Assembly: GCA_051362555.1 (NCBI GenBank) | Contig: CM120641.1 | Coordinates: 21,948,001-22,012,000 of the forward strand | DNA from: Lingula anatina | Lineage: Eukaryota; Animalia; Brachiopoda | Reading direction: 5' to 3' | Length of the DNA: 64,000 nucleotides | Part shown: one piece after another, positions 28,709 to 41,221 of the stretch | How the letters are laid out: each line of letters starts with the position of its first letter | Numbering within the stretch: position 1 is the first letter of the stretch | The notes under the pieces: generated by a model | The model's input: only the letters and a program-made list of their open reading frames with translations | Told to the model about the DNA's origin: nothing | The model's database searches: none | Translations under genes and position numbers: made by a program

Positions 28709-28867
28709 TTAAAGGGATATTTCCATAGAGTTTTTCATAATTTTCACGAGAATAATACTGAAGAGTATAAATTTGTATCTTTGTTCACTTGCGTTTTAGC
28801 AATACAATAAAAGTGGATCAGTGAAAATATGCTTTTTAACAACAGAAAAAAATGGAAACTTAAATTG

Positions 28868-28871
<4 letters not shown>

Positions 28872-28913
<42 letters not shown>
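28872..28913. repeat. (TA)n microsatellite
   Basis: Perfect TA run. Confidence 0.95.
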
Positions 28914-28918
<5 letters not shown>

Positions 28919-31900
28919 TATCACATCCATTGCAGTTCCTGTCAGTTGAAGTTCAACTCCATAGAATATTGTTGAATGCAGTAGTGGTGGAGTAAGCTAG
29001 GGATCCCAGCTGCTATTGCATCACGTTATTATTCAGTTCAATACTTGCTGTCATATACAATCGCCAAATTCTGCAGGACATCTTTATCAGAAGTAACCAG
29101 ATTATAAGTCAGTTGAGAGCACCTGCTGAGTGCATTTCTATGCTACATCACTAAAGGACCAACTTTTTGTAAAGCTCATCATTTACTGTAATTTATCCCC
29201 ACTTCCAGTAAAGAAAATTGCTAGCCTTTCACATTTGAGTGTTTTCCTAGCCACTTAGAGCTGATATAGTGAAATTTAAATGAAATTTTAAGATATTTTG
29301 TATTATTTGTCACATTATTATGATGAAAATAATTAAAATATGAAATTAGGAATTTGGTGAAACTGTGTATATATGCTTCTCTTTATTCCTTGGGGCAAAA
29401 ATTAGGGTTACACATAGAGTTTCATCCTAAAAAAATGGATGGCCAAGAAGTGATGTGAAACAAAGTTTTCATTTTTCCTGTACAATTCACAATTTTTTCC
29501 CATTGAAAAGATCAAGTAATTACTGTAATTATATATGGCTGCAGGTCCACACAGAATTAGATTTTATTTTCTCTTAATAATGTGAAATCATACTGCTGGA
29601 TAAAACAGAACATTCACTCTCTCATTTTGTAGGCCTGGATGGACATTTGCCATCCTGCATGACCAACGTATCTTAACTTTTTTTCAATACAGGATCATGC
29701 AAATCAAACCATCTTTTCTAAGTCCCCATGCTGGACTAACTCAGGAACTCGTATCTAGCGGCATGCTCACTGCATGTGTTGTTGATTCCCATGGCACAGA
29801 ATGTCTGTCTCATGTCAGAAGCTGATGGAACCAAGTAATTCCTGGGGGTAATTATAGCCAGCCATTTATTCAATAGACACATGTAAGAGTTTTAATGGAA
29901 TTGAAGTTCTGTGTTTTATGTATGTGGGCAGCAGTAGAAAAGAAATTAGCACCCAGGAAGCTATCGCAAAATATTCAATTGAGTGAAAGTGTTTTTATTG
30001 GGTTGTCTCACTAGTTAGTTGTCTGACATTCATGTATAAGGGCCTGAATATTCTCAAAATGTCAGCATAATGATAAGTAGTGGATACTTATGACAAGCAT
30101 GTAATTTTAACTCATAACTCTTAAAACATTTAAATTTTATTAAAATAATAAGAAAAAATGCCCTCCTGTAGTCTAATTGTGTAAACTCGTGAATGAATGA
30201 GAATTTTGTTTAGAATACACATACATGTACTATTGCTATAGACTGTTGTGCAAGAGGGGTGTGAAGTAACCACACTTGGCCAGTGGGACGGAGGATCAAT
30301 GCTATCAGCTTAACAACTTTAATCAATATTTTCTTTCACCAACACAATTTCCATGATTGCAGATATACCACTTAAGTGTTGTTAACATGTTCAACCTGGC
30401 AGTGCACCAAGATTTGTTGTCATGGAACAATAGTTTGGGAAGGAAAGACACTGGTCTAAGTAGGAGAAATGCTTTACGTGAAAAATTAATATAAACTGAT
30501 TTGCAGAGATAAGTTAAATTATCAAAAAATGTTTCAGAACAGTGACATCCACAATGCAAATACTGTACTTGTATCAGGCATATAATATGTAAAAGGCATT
30601 AATGGCCACAGCCTAATGTATATTGAACAAACTTCAGGTTAAAAAATCTACACCTACATGCATGGACGTAAATTGTGTGTTGTTTTGATTGAAGAGGCAA
30701 TTGTTTCCCCAGGGCCACTGTGTGCAGCAGGATTTATTTCAAACCTAAAAGCTTATCAAATTGAATCAGAGGCTCTATCTGAAAATGGATTATTGATTTT
30801 TGTTGGGAGTAAATTAGGACATGGAAAGATAGTTCCTGCATTCAGATAGCTAAAGATGTTACATAAAACTGAGAATGGAGAACTTAAAATACAAAGAAGC
30901 ACAGGTAGCAAATGTACGTGTGTGATTCACTTATTTATAATTTTTGTCCCCATGGCAATTTATTTATACACAATATGAATTTAATCCGTCTAGCTGTAGA
31001 CACTCAAATTCTGCATTACTAAATACAGAATGTAACCTATCATACATGAATGATACCAAATTTTTAAGTTGATGTAAAAACTTATGTTCACATGCACTGG
31101 TTTTAAGTATAGGGAGTATAGCTTTCTGATTATAGTGGCCATATGGTAATAAATGCATGAGATATAATCAGAAAGCATTCATGTCATGATCCATTGCATC
31201 CAGCAGATGAGCAAAAGTTCAAGTAGAAAATTTCCCATACTTTTTTATGCTAAAGGGGTTCGTCCAATGGTGAACTTGGCAGCCGACATTACAGAAGTCT
31301 ATTTTTCCAATTTGTCCAATTGTTCTTTTCGGTTGGTCAGCTATAATAAGAGCCCAATTCTTTGTAAGCAAAGAAGTTAAGACCAAAATGATAACAGAAG
31401 TCAATAAAATTGTCTGGTAGCTAGTTAGATGGACTCCAAATCTATATGTTGAGATAACACACAGGGGCACTTATAGGGAGATCTGGGGTTTTCTATTAAG
31501 TGAGGAAGAGATTAATTTGATGACCATTTTACCCACCCTACCCTTTTCTAAATTTAACATGAACACATGACTTTGTGCTATCTATCACTAGTCCATTGCA
31601 GTACATATTTAAAAAGGGGGACAAATTCAATAAAAGCAAATTGACTTACAAATGTGTGCTTGAAACATATTAGATAAGCTATTGAAAATACATGCATATT
31701 ACTTCTGAATTTGAGATCGGGCATAGAAACTTTTAAGTCAAGAGATGGTAGTGATTTTCACTCATAAAGATTTTTGAAAATAATCTGGAAAACACATTTG
31801 GATAAAGTGTTTTCAATGAATTAGGTGATGATGACATAAGGCATTCTGGCAAAAGTATTGAAAGTACAATAAAAATCCATTTCTGATGATGAAGCATTCC

Positions 31901-34769
31901 ACGCCAATAATGTATTAAGTCTGATCATATTTGAAAATGTACCTTTTTTTAGTAGCATTTTGGTAAAGTAGCATTTTGTTTTTGTAACATTTCTTTAAAT
32001 TGAATCTATGCCATTTACACAATTTATTTCTGCTCTATGCCTGCAGTCTTGTCACTGTGATAATTGGTTATTGATTTTTTTTTTTTTGGCAAATAATTGT
32101 TATTTCAGACATTTGATTTGATTTAACATTTAACCATTAGAATTAAACAAGGTATATATCTAGGGTTGCTAAATGGCAGCTCATAAAGCTTCAAATTTAT
32201 TTATAAATTTTAATAGATTTTTGCTTGTTTGCTTTGTTTTTCTCTGTTCCACACTTCATATGTTATGATTAATTTATGGTTACCCAAATCCTTATCCAAG
32301 TGTAAATTATTTAATATTTTTTGATGGCTTCTTGAAAATATACCAGAAGCCCCTTTCTTTTTAGTTTTCAATTCTGTATATGACATGTGAACATCATTGT
32401 TTGCACCACCCCACCTACACTTCATGTGTTGCAGCAATACAGACAACTTTGGATGGCTTTACAAAAGAGCATATGTATATCGACAAAAGTTATTTCAACT
32501 TTAAGACTGACAATATTTGTTTACTTTGAGCCAAGATGAATAAGTAGTAGAACACTTACCTGTAAATAAGCATACAGGGACATGTATTGTGTTGTTTAAC
32601 AAAAGTAAAAAATGACTCTTATTTTAGATGGGTGATTCTTAATTGTACCACCACCACCACCTTTACTGTACCCTTTGTGGTTTTAGTCTCAACCCGTTTT
32701 GTTTTACTGCAGAGTTATTTACTATTATTGTATGTGGATGATTCTTCATTTTACTGCAGACTTGTTTTACTACAGAACATGTATCCTGGATTGAAAAACA
32801 CCAAAATCTCTATTTGAAATTACATAAAAATACATGAACTATGTTTTCTAAAATTATTCTCTTTGTAAAATTCACACTAACTATTTTCATTTATTTATTC
32901 ATTCATTTGTTAAATTTTATGTAAGAGTTGGAATATAATAGTAAATCTACAATTTATCTTCCCTTATCTAGGCCTTCATGTAGATTCACTTCAATTGAAT
33001 TGGTTTAAATATCATAACTGTGTAATGCAATATTTAAATTGTGGGAACTTCAACCCTCTGATCCTTAGTACAGATGGAAATTATGAAAGGAAAATAAATT
33101 CAACTGTACTCAACAGTGAATGGCATGTTCTTTATAATGGTTGCAATTTCCTTTTCTTAGACTACAAATTTGTCTCCCAGAGTGAAATATTTGAACTAGC
33201 ACTACTTCTCTATAATTAACTCCTCTGGTCACACGTCAGCCTGTTCCCACGGAACCAAGAACAATAGCCAGAGAGAAATTTGGACGCAGTGGTGATTTTA
33301 CAGGAAGCAAGCTTTCTTACCCATTTAACAAGATTAAGTCCTACGAAGGATGTGAATCAGTATATTGATCTGAAGACTGTTGAGTGTAATACAGTTATGA
33401 TAAAAACATGGGCCATGTCTATTCTATTGATTTCTAAGATGGCCATTGAGTTCAAGTATATAGCCATATGGCAAGACCTGATTTTCATTGATATTACCCA
33501 TACAAAACTGCTAAATAGTGTACATTATTAGATTCCTTTGTCTGGGTCAGTTATATTGAGAGCTTAGGCTGCCCTCTCACAATATTGTGTACTGTAATAT
33601 GAATGGAATTATTTGTAATCAACACTAGAAGGTTGTTGGCTGTCCATAAGGTGGAGTTATTGTCTTGGTTTGATTAGAGGCACGCGCCAATCTTTGTTTA
33701 GAGGCAGACCTCTAGTAAGTTGATATAAAGGGCGGCAAACATCACCACCTGCCCCTCTAATACCTGAGATTTTCTTTCTTTACACAAAGATGTATGATAT
33801 GACAACAAACATAGTGTGTTAGTTTGTACAAGCTCGCACGATTCTTCAGGCCACAGATGCCAGGCTTTCTTCTACTTCCTGAATATGTGTGCATTCTTCA
33901 TTCAGCTTGATTGATATTATTTTAATTGAACTTGCATATCAATATTTTTCTTCAGATGTAGTCAGTGATTGCCGTCATTATTTAGGCCTGGACCTAAATT
34001 TAGAGGTCTCCAATGTGCATGTGCAGAGTATGTTTCAAATCCAAATAGATATTTCACATTTTTCATTGATATACCCTAAAAATGACAATTATTGTGATTG
34101 TTCTTTTGACTAATATAGAACATTTATTCGAAGTATACATTTGTATCTTTAATTTTGTCACTGTTACTGAAACATTCCTATGAAGGGATGGTTTTTCAGA
34201 TGACAGAAAAATATTTGACTAAAACAAATTGGAAGATACTTTATTTGGTGAGAAAATATGAAAATTACATCAGTTTAATCACAATACTAATAAAATTTGT
34301 AAAAAGATTTCTAAAATTTACAGTTAAATATACAATTGTTTCTTTTAAATAGATTGTGGTTTTCAAACTGTTTTTATTACTAAAAAATAAGATATACTGT
34401 AATTTATTTACTCAATAGTAGAAAGAATTAGGCCAAAAATTCACACCAAGGTCCATTAAGTGGGATGTGAGTTGGAAATGTGCTGATACCCATAAAGAAA
34501 CCCATTAGCTAAAGTGGGGACCGTGTTGTCCCAAGGCAGATAACTGTTAAGGTGATTGATGTTGAGGACACTTAATTAGAAAGCTTCATTTTTTATATAT
34601 CACATATGAAAACTGAACTATCATAATTTCATTGGAAAGTTTGCTTTAAACAACCCAAGGGGGAGATATATAAAAGGCTGCAGACTTTAATGTTGATGAG
34701 GTTAAAATACAGTGGAATTGCATGGGAAAGTGCAGTACTCCATAGTGGTCATAGTGAATGGGACTGTGT

Positions 34770-35155
34770 TACTGGCAGCTGGCGCGTGCCAGGGAAGGCC
34801 GTCTGTGTTCACCAGGTCATGTGGTTTTGTTATGCTGATGTCCCATAATGACAGGTAGGAGAGAGGGAGCCAATCATTATTCATCTTAAACAAGGTGATG
34901 GCTGTGACAACAGTGGCTGGATAACTGTGATCAGCACAGGCACGTGTCCATGATTGACAGGGCTTTACTTGGACCAATCACTAACACTTTTCGTATCTCC
35001 CCTGCTTCACAGCTTTATTGTAGAGGTCCAGTTGTCAAGGCTAAGTCCCTTTGTTAGGGGTCAATCTTAGACACCTGAAATTTGCATTCTATTCCCTGAG
35101 CAGGTTTCTGATTGAATCTTGAAGAACAGAAGGCAAAGGCCTAATTGACAGCTGT
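34770..35155. promoter_or_regulatory. Candidate enhancer or proximal regulatory cluster
   Basis: PBX-MEIS/PREP decamer TGATTGACAG at 34951-34960, CCAAT at 34870 and 34974, CACGTG at 34941, further TGACAG and CAGCTG sites; GC-richer than flanks. Confidence 0.35.
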
Positions 35156-35505
35156 TAGGGCAGGTGATAGGATTAAAATTGGCACATAATCTCTTAGGGA
35201 GAGACATAAGGGCTTCAGCTTTAAATCAGTGAGCATGTTGACAACTCATGAATCAAAAATTAGATTTGATAAAATTGAAGACAATATATATAAATAAATT
35301 TTTGTCTTGAAAAAATAGTATATGTCAAAATGAAGAGATAATGATGATTTAATAATTTTGGTCAAGAAACTTGCTGGTTGTTTGGTGCATGTCCTTGATT
35401 TCTGACATAGAATGTCGTGTGTTCCCCTGGAAAATGTGATCTCATTAATCAGTGTTAAAGCCCTCCTCCTGATTACCAAGACAAAGCACAAAGACAGTGA
35501 GGGTC

Positions 35506-35601
35506 TATAAATCAATATGACACTGGGGCGGCCAATGGTTCTTGTAGTCTGCTAGGAACAGTTGTACTACGGTGTTGGTGTCAGTAGCTTAGCTGTCAGT
35601 G
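35506..35601 (+). promoter_or_regulatory. Candidate internal promoter
   Basis: TATAAA at 35506, overlapping GC box and CCAAT (GGGGCGGCCAAT, ~35525-35536), Inr-like TCAGT at 35581 and 35596, all directly upstream of the candidate first exon. Confidence 0.45.
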
Positions 35602-35753
35602 TTGTGTCGCACTGAACATTATTATTGTTGTCTGTGGCTTCCCTGTGTATCACTTAAGTTGAAAAAATTGTCTGTGTGTGTGTGCATATACATAAGCATA
35701 CATACATACAGTTTTGCCTCAGTGTCTGTGTATTATTTGAAGAAATCGTGTTC

Positions 35754-35778
35754 ATGTTTGACAAGATGGTGGCTGGAG
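35754..35778 (+). CDS. Coding part of a candidate alternative first exon: MFDKMVAG(E..), spliced to the RRM2 exon
   Basis: ATG at 35754 and Kozak-like aagATGG at 35766, followed by strong donor GAG|GTAAGC in phase 1, matching the acceptor at 44925. Confidence 0.55.
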
Positions 35779-38573
35779 GTAAGCATCAGCTTTCTTTTCA
35801 ATTTCTTTTGATTTTTGTGAATTGTCATTTTTTTATATATTTTCTTCACTGTTTTAGATATAATTTTCATTGAGAACTTAGTACATGCTTTTAATTTGAC
35901 ATGTGATTCTAAGTGGGAATGAGTGGTTTGTCAAATCGATCTGCTTTATTTGTTGTTGGACCTCACTTATTACTCTTGGTTTGACACATTGTTTTGTCAT
36001 TTTCTCAGAACTCTTTGACAGATACATGCAAACAATGCACCTGAACAGTTCAGTTGATGAAGATGTGTTTTTGATGTGATAGAAATATCATTTCCTTTTG
36101 TTTCTGACAGTCACATTGTGATTAGATGGGTTATCTAGATATGGTGTGATGGACAGTTAGGTGGTTATGGTGATGGAAAAAACCTGGCAAGGGACAGTTA
36201 ATGTTGTGGTTGCCATGGCAATAGAGCCTTGTGTGTTGTGGAATGCAAAGTGAGAAAATAATAAATTACCATTAAATCTACCATTCCATTCTCTGTTTTC
36301 ATCAAATAATCAGGGGAATGCAGGTTCAGATGATGTAAAGAGTCACTAAAGAGATGAAAGAGCTATACAAATGGCTATCGTATAAGATGTAAGTTCTGCA
36401 TTAATTACCTCCATCATTGCAACAGTATATTGTGGTAAGATATTGTCCATATGACAAAAAAAGCACAAAGCAGCAGAGATAAGCAATACTTAAATTTTAT
36501 AAAACATAATTTCAGTTTTTAACAATATTTGAAAATGCTATAATACTAATAAATATGTTCAACCTTACAGCTCATATATACCCCTTGAATATAAGATAGG
36601 GGTCCCCTATGATATTACTGCTGGACTATATGGGAGACTGTCATCTCCTCAGTATAATTTGTGTCTATAGAGTATTATAAACTATGCAGATAAATAATGG
36701 ACTCCAGGCAGACATACATCCTTAATCCAGACAATGGAAACGCAATGAATATTTGATGATTTTATTGTGGATAGTGCATGTACTCAGTGTATGAAAAATT
36801 TATATAAAGCCTGTACCAGAAAGAACTATGGCATATGTATGACACCCAGACTAGTTTTACTTGTATTACTTTTAATTTTTTTCATAATTATTCTTATTAT
36901 TATGTAGAAAATATTTTGATATGCTTTTTGTTTAGTTGGCAATGGTTTTGTTTCAAAAATTATATTTTATTTAAACCATACTCTTGAAAAAAATTCATAA
37001 AGTAGGTGACAAATAAATTTATAACTTTTGACTGATAAACCAGACATATTCATCATATTAATGAACAATAATAAAGTATTTTGAAATTATACACATATGT
37101 AATCAATTTATATGAAATGTCTCTTTCTTCACACAATCATGTAAAACTAAAATTTATAATATGATACACCAAATCCAAGCCCTAAAGCTTGTGTTAATAT
37201 TAACATGACTGAATTGAAGGTTACATGTACGTAATACAGGATGATCAATATGACTTAATGATCTGCTGCACAATCCTTTAATTACGAAGAGGAGGAACCA
37301 GTGCAAGGATCCGCCATAATGTATTGATTACTTGCTTATGGGATTTTTTTTTTTTTCGCTATTGAACTATTGAATTTTTATTATTATTTTTTTATTTTTA
37401 TTTTTGATAAATAGTGCTAAATAATATAAATATAAATATAAATAATTCTCTTTATAAATAGTATTTAAGAGAATATGGGATTTAAGTGTGTATAAAAGCT
37501 ATTAACCTATTGTTGATGTTAGGAAAAATGACTGATACTGCATTTAGTACAGCAGATGAGAGATTATGTTCTAAGTCAAGAGATTTAAGGCCTACCGAGA
37601 CATACAAGGACCCAGTTGAAGCAACTGAAGCTAACATTTGTCATTACAGTGCTCTTTGCGTAATTTGTCTGCATAAATGACATGACCAACAAACACAAAT
37701 CCACGAGCGACATGGAATAGGACTGATGAGACCCAAAACTTTTAAATAAATGTAAAAATTTTACAGATTGTCAACCTCACTTCTAAAGAGCCACCAATCC
37801 TCCAGTAAGCAGAGAAAAAGTCCAAAAACATATAATGAATAAGTGTGTATGTTATATAAGGTTGCCATGGTGTTATCAAGGTGTACAGTAAAGGTGCACA
37901 CACAACCCCTCTGCGTGGGCCACCTTTATGTGTTCACCTGCTGCCAGGGCCCACAGACACTCAATGGGAGCAGGTGGTGGGCAGCTGATGGCCCCTTTGT
38001 ACACCTTACTGGCTGCTGAAACACATATGGAACTTTGTCTGATGGCAGTTATTTATTTGGCAGTTGAAATTTTAAAATTTGATCATCAGACCATGTTATT
38101 AGACTTGACTGTACAAGTAAAAAAAGATTTCCTCATTGGAGTTGGACCAAAAAAAAATGGGATCATACTCATTTGAGCATCTAGATATACCTCACTGATA
38201 AGGTCAGCATATTGCCTAAATAATCTAATTTCTTAATAAAGTGATAGCATTTAATAACATCCTAATATGTTTTAAGAACATTTTGTATATAATTTATTAA
38301 GAATATAAACAAGGGAAGATTCATGATTAAATAGATTACTAGAATTCATCTGTATCATTTTCTGCAATAATTGGTGTATTTTATCAGAAAAATAAAATGG
38401 TTTTTGATATTCTGTTTACTCCATATTTGCTTGTTTTAATACTTAAGGAGTTTATCATGAAGGTGCTATGTTGAATTATAGTATGTCTTGGAGGAAGATT
38501 ACTTCTGCAGTTTTATAACCTTGAGATATTTTTAAGTCATGGTACACTTAATTACAATTAGTTGATCGAAACT

Positions 38574-38918
38574 TGTTAAGGTTTCTGCCCGAGCAGACCA
38601 TACACTTACCCATGGTATATATATATAATAAGCAGTACTGTTACAATGTATTATCCACCACCTAAGGTTAGCAGTGGTATAATTTTCAGTATTATTGTGT
38701 TGTTGTATCTAGAGGGTTTATCACATTTTCACTCACAGGCATGGCTTGGCACGACAGATCCTGCGCCCCGGGCCCCTGGGTGGAACCCCCCCAGCTCTCC
38801 ACCCAAACAGACCACCTGCAGACCAGTACCCTAGGTAATCCATTTCTTCCTATCACACCTATTTGTAGATAGTTTTTAACTAATACCCCCAGGTCCGTAG
38901 TATATATATGGTATAACA
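38574..38918 (-). mobile_element. Probable solo LTR (Gypsy-like)
   Basis: 345-bp segment bounded by TGTTA...TAACA, near-duplicated 4-bp flanks (AACT / CACT), GC-rich core unlike the surrounding intron. Confidence 0.45.
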
Positions 38919-41221
38919 CACTCCTATTCTCTTAGAACACAGAAACCAGCAGTTAGCATATTAAACTAACCTTTAATCCAGTATTTCTAGAATATTACTT
39001 AACTCTGTCCAAGTAAGATTAATTAAGAAAAAATGCATGTCACTTCTTCATTCCATAACCCTTTACTGGACTTCATGCCCTCAACAGTTATAAAAATAAA
39101 AATTGTTTTCCTTGCACAGACTAGTAAAGTAGAATTAATCTGTAATTATGCCTATCTTCACATACTTAATAAGCACTAGAAACCAATTTAGGCTAATATG
39201 GATGAGGTATGCTCTACTAGATGCCCTATTAGGTTCTATATACTTGATACTAGTTTTTCCTAATTGCTAAAAATGCTGTTTTTAGGACTTTTGACATGTA
39301 TAAGTTTATATATTTTATAATATTTATTAAAATGCTTTTCATAAAACAAAGAATGCTGAAATGAAACATTAAGGTTAAAAAAGCATTGGATTTTTTGGTA
39401 GGCATCTTAATCAATAATAGGAAAACATTTTAAAGATATTAAGTTTTTAACATTAAGAGATTAGAAATAAACTAACCAGTACACTTTTTCTAAATCATGC
39501 TGAATCAACTGCTTTTATTGAGAAACATGCCAAGTGAAAAAGAAGAACAAAAATCAACAAAAAGAAAAGGAAAAAAAACACGGGCAGATGTTTATCGTTT
39601 GAATAAAAAAAGTAAACAGAGCTGAATAAATGTGTTTTTATGAATGGGTACTATTTTCTTATTTAACACATTGAGGCAGATGTTTCAATATAACAACCTG
39701 CTGTACCCATATTTTAATTTTTGTTGGTAATAAAAGCATGTTTACACTTAGCAAAGAACTGCCATCTTGGTTCAAGGTGAGTTCCCTAACAATTGAATTT
39801 TATTAAAGTTGGTTTAATCTTTAGTGACTTAAAGACATGTGCCCTCCTTTCCCCGTAAGGTACGTAATTAAGTCAAATTATTACCTAGGACTCTAAGAAC
39901 AGATACATGTAGGACACCTGAGATTTGTCTAAACCTGCCTATTAACCTTTTTCATCTTTTGCGGAAATACGAAGTGCGCATGACAGGAACCGCCCGCCAC
40001 AGGGGTCATAGTGGTCCTCTGCTGTTTCCAGCATGGCAATGCTAGGTGTAGATGATGTACAAGGTGCGCATATAAAAAGGTCGTATGAAGCGTGCATTGC
40101 TTTCTGTCAAACTAAAAAGGTGGCTGAAGCACAGAAATGCGTAAACTGTAGGCAAGAAACAGCTATTTGGACGGAGAATCAAGCAATTAAATATTTTATT
40201 TCTCAGTTTAAATACGATGCGCTTTACAACTAGACTTCACCTAAGCGTCCGAGCCTTGGCTGTACTTTCAATAGTGATGACGAACTAAAGCTTCGGAGTT
40301 CTTTTAAATGCTTCCGATAATAAAGATATGCGAAAGAGACTCGTTATTTTTTATATATAAAATCAAAATAGCCAGTAGACTCGTACACAGCTTTCAAGAG
40401 TGTGGACAGGTGCGCAGGCCTACGTCTTCACAATTTTGTACATGTATATATGCAAGCTGTGGCGATATCACCTCATGTACCGGCAGTGTCAATTCATTAC
40501 GATTTTTATGTCTTGTTTGAAGGATATCTTAAGAGATTTTTAAAGTGATAAAATGAAAAGATGTCCTGCATTGTTTGACTCGTAGCTACTCTGTATACAG
40601 GTAAAACTGACACGCAGATCGTTCGTCGGTGAACTGATTAAATCGTTTGGTACCTGATAAGGCATCAGGTGTTACTTGTTCAATTGTTCGGTAAGGCGGG
40701 CGGCCACAACTACGACCTTTCCTCTGTAATTAATACCTTTTAAGTGTTAAATAGGTGAGACAGGAATTCTCGACTCGTTCCCAGACGATAATTAAAGTTT
40801 ACCGTGTCTTACTCTAGTATATGTACAAAATTTACGACAGGTAAAAAATGTCAGCCTTTCGGTCTGACAAGTATGAAAATTTTGTCAAACTGAAACAAAA
40901 ACAAAATTATAGCAAGAGGCCAAATCATTTGATTTTTAAATGTTTTCATGTGTATTTTCATCGTTTTCAATCACAGACAATTAAATCATTCAAATAAAGT
41001 GTTTCCCACACATTTCATACTTTTCAACTATCTAAGACAGTTAAATATACGTAGGCCTACTTTAATACTAAGCATATTTGTATTACTTTACAAATACGTT
41101 GTTGGATTATCTTTATTATCCATTTTGTCTTTACCATACATGTATTATGCACGTGTAGCTTACAAAAAGGCTTTTCTGCATTTTTTGTATTTTCCAATTC
41201 TCTTGTCATTGAGTTCAGAAA

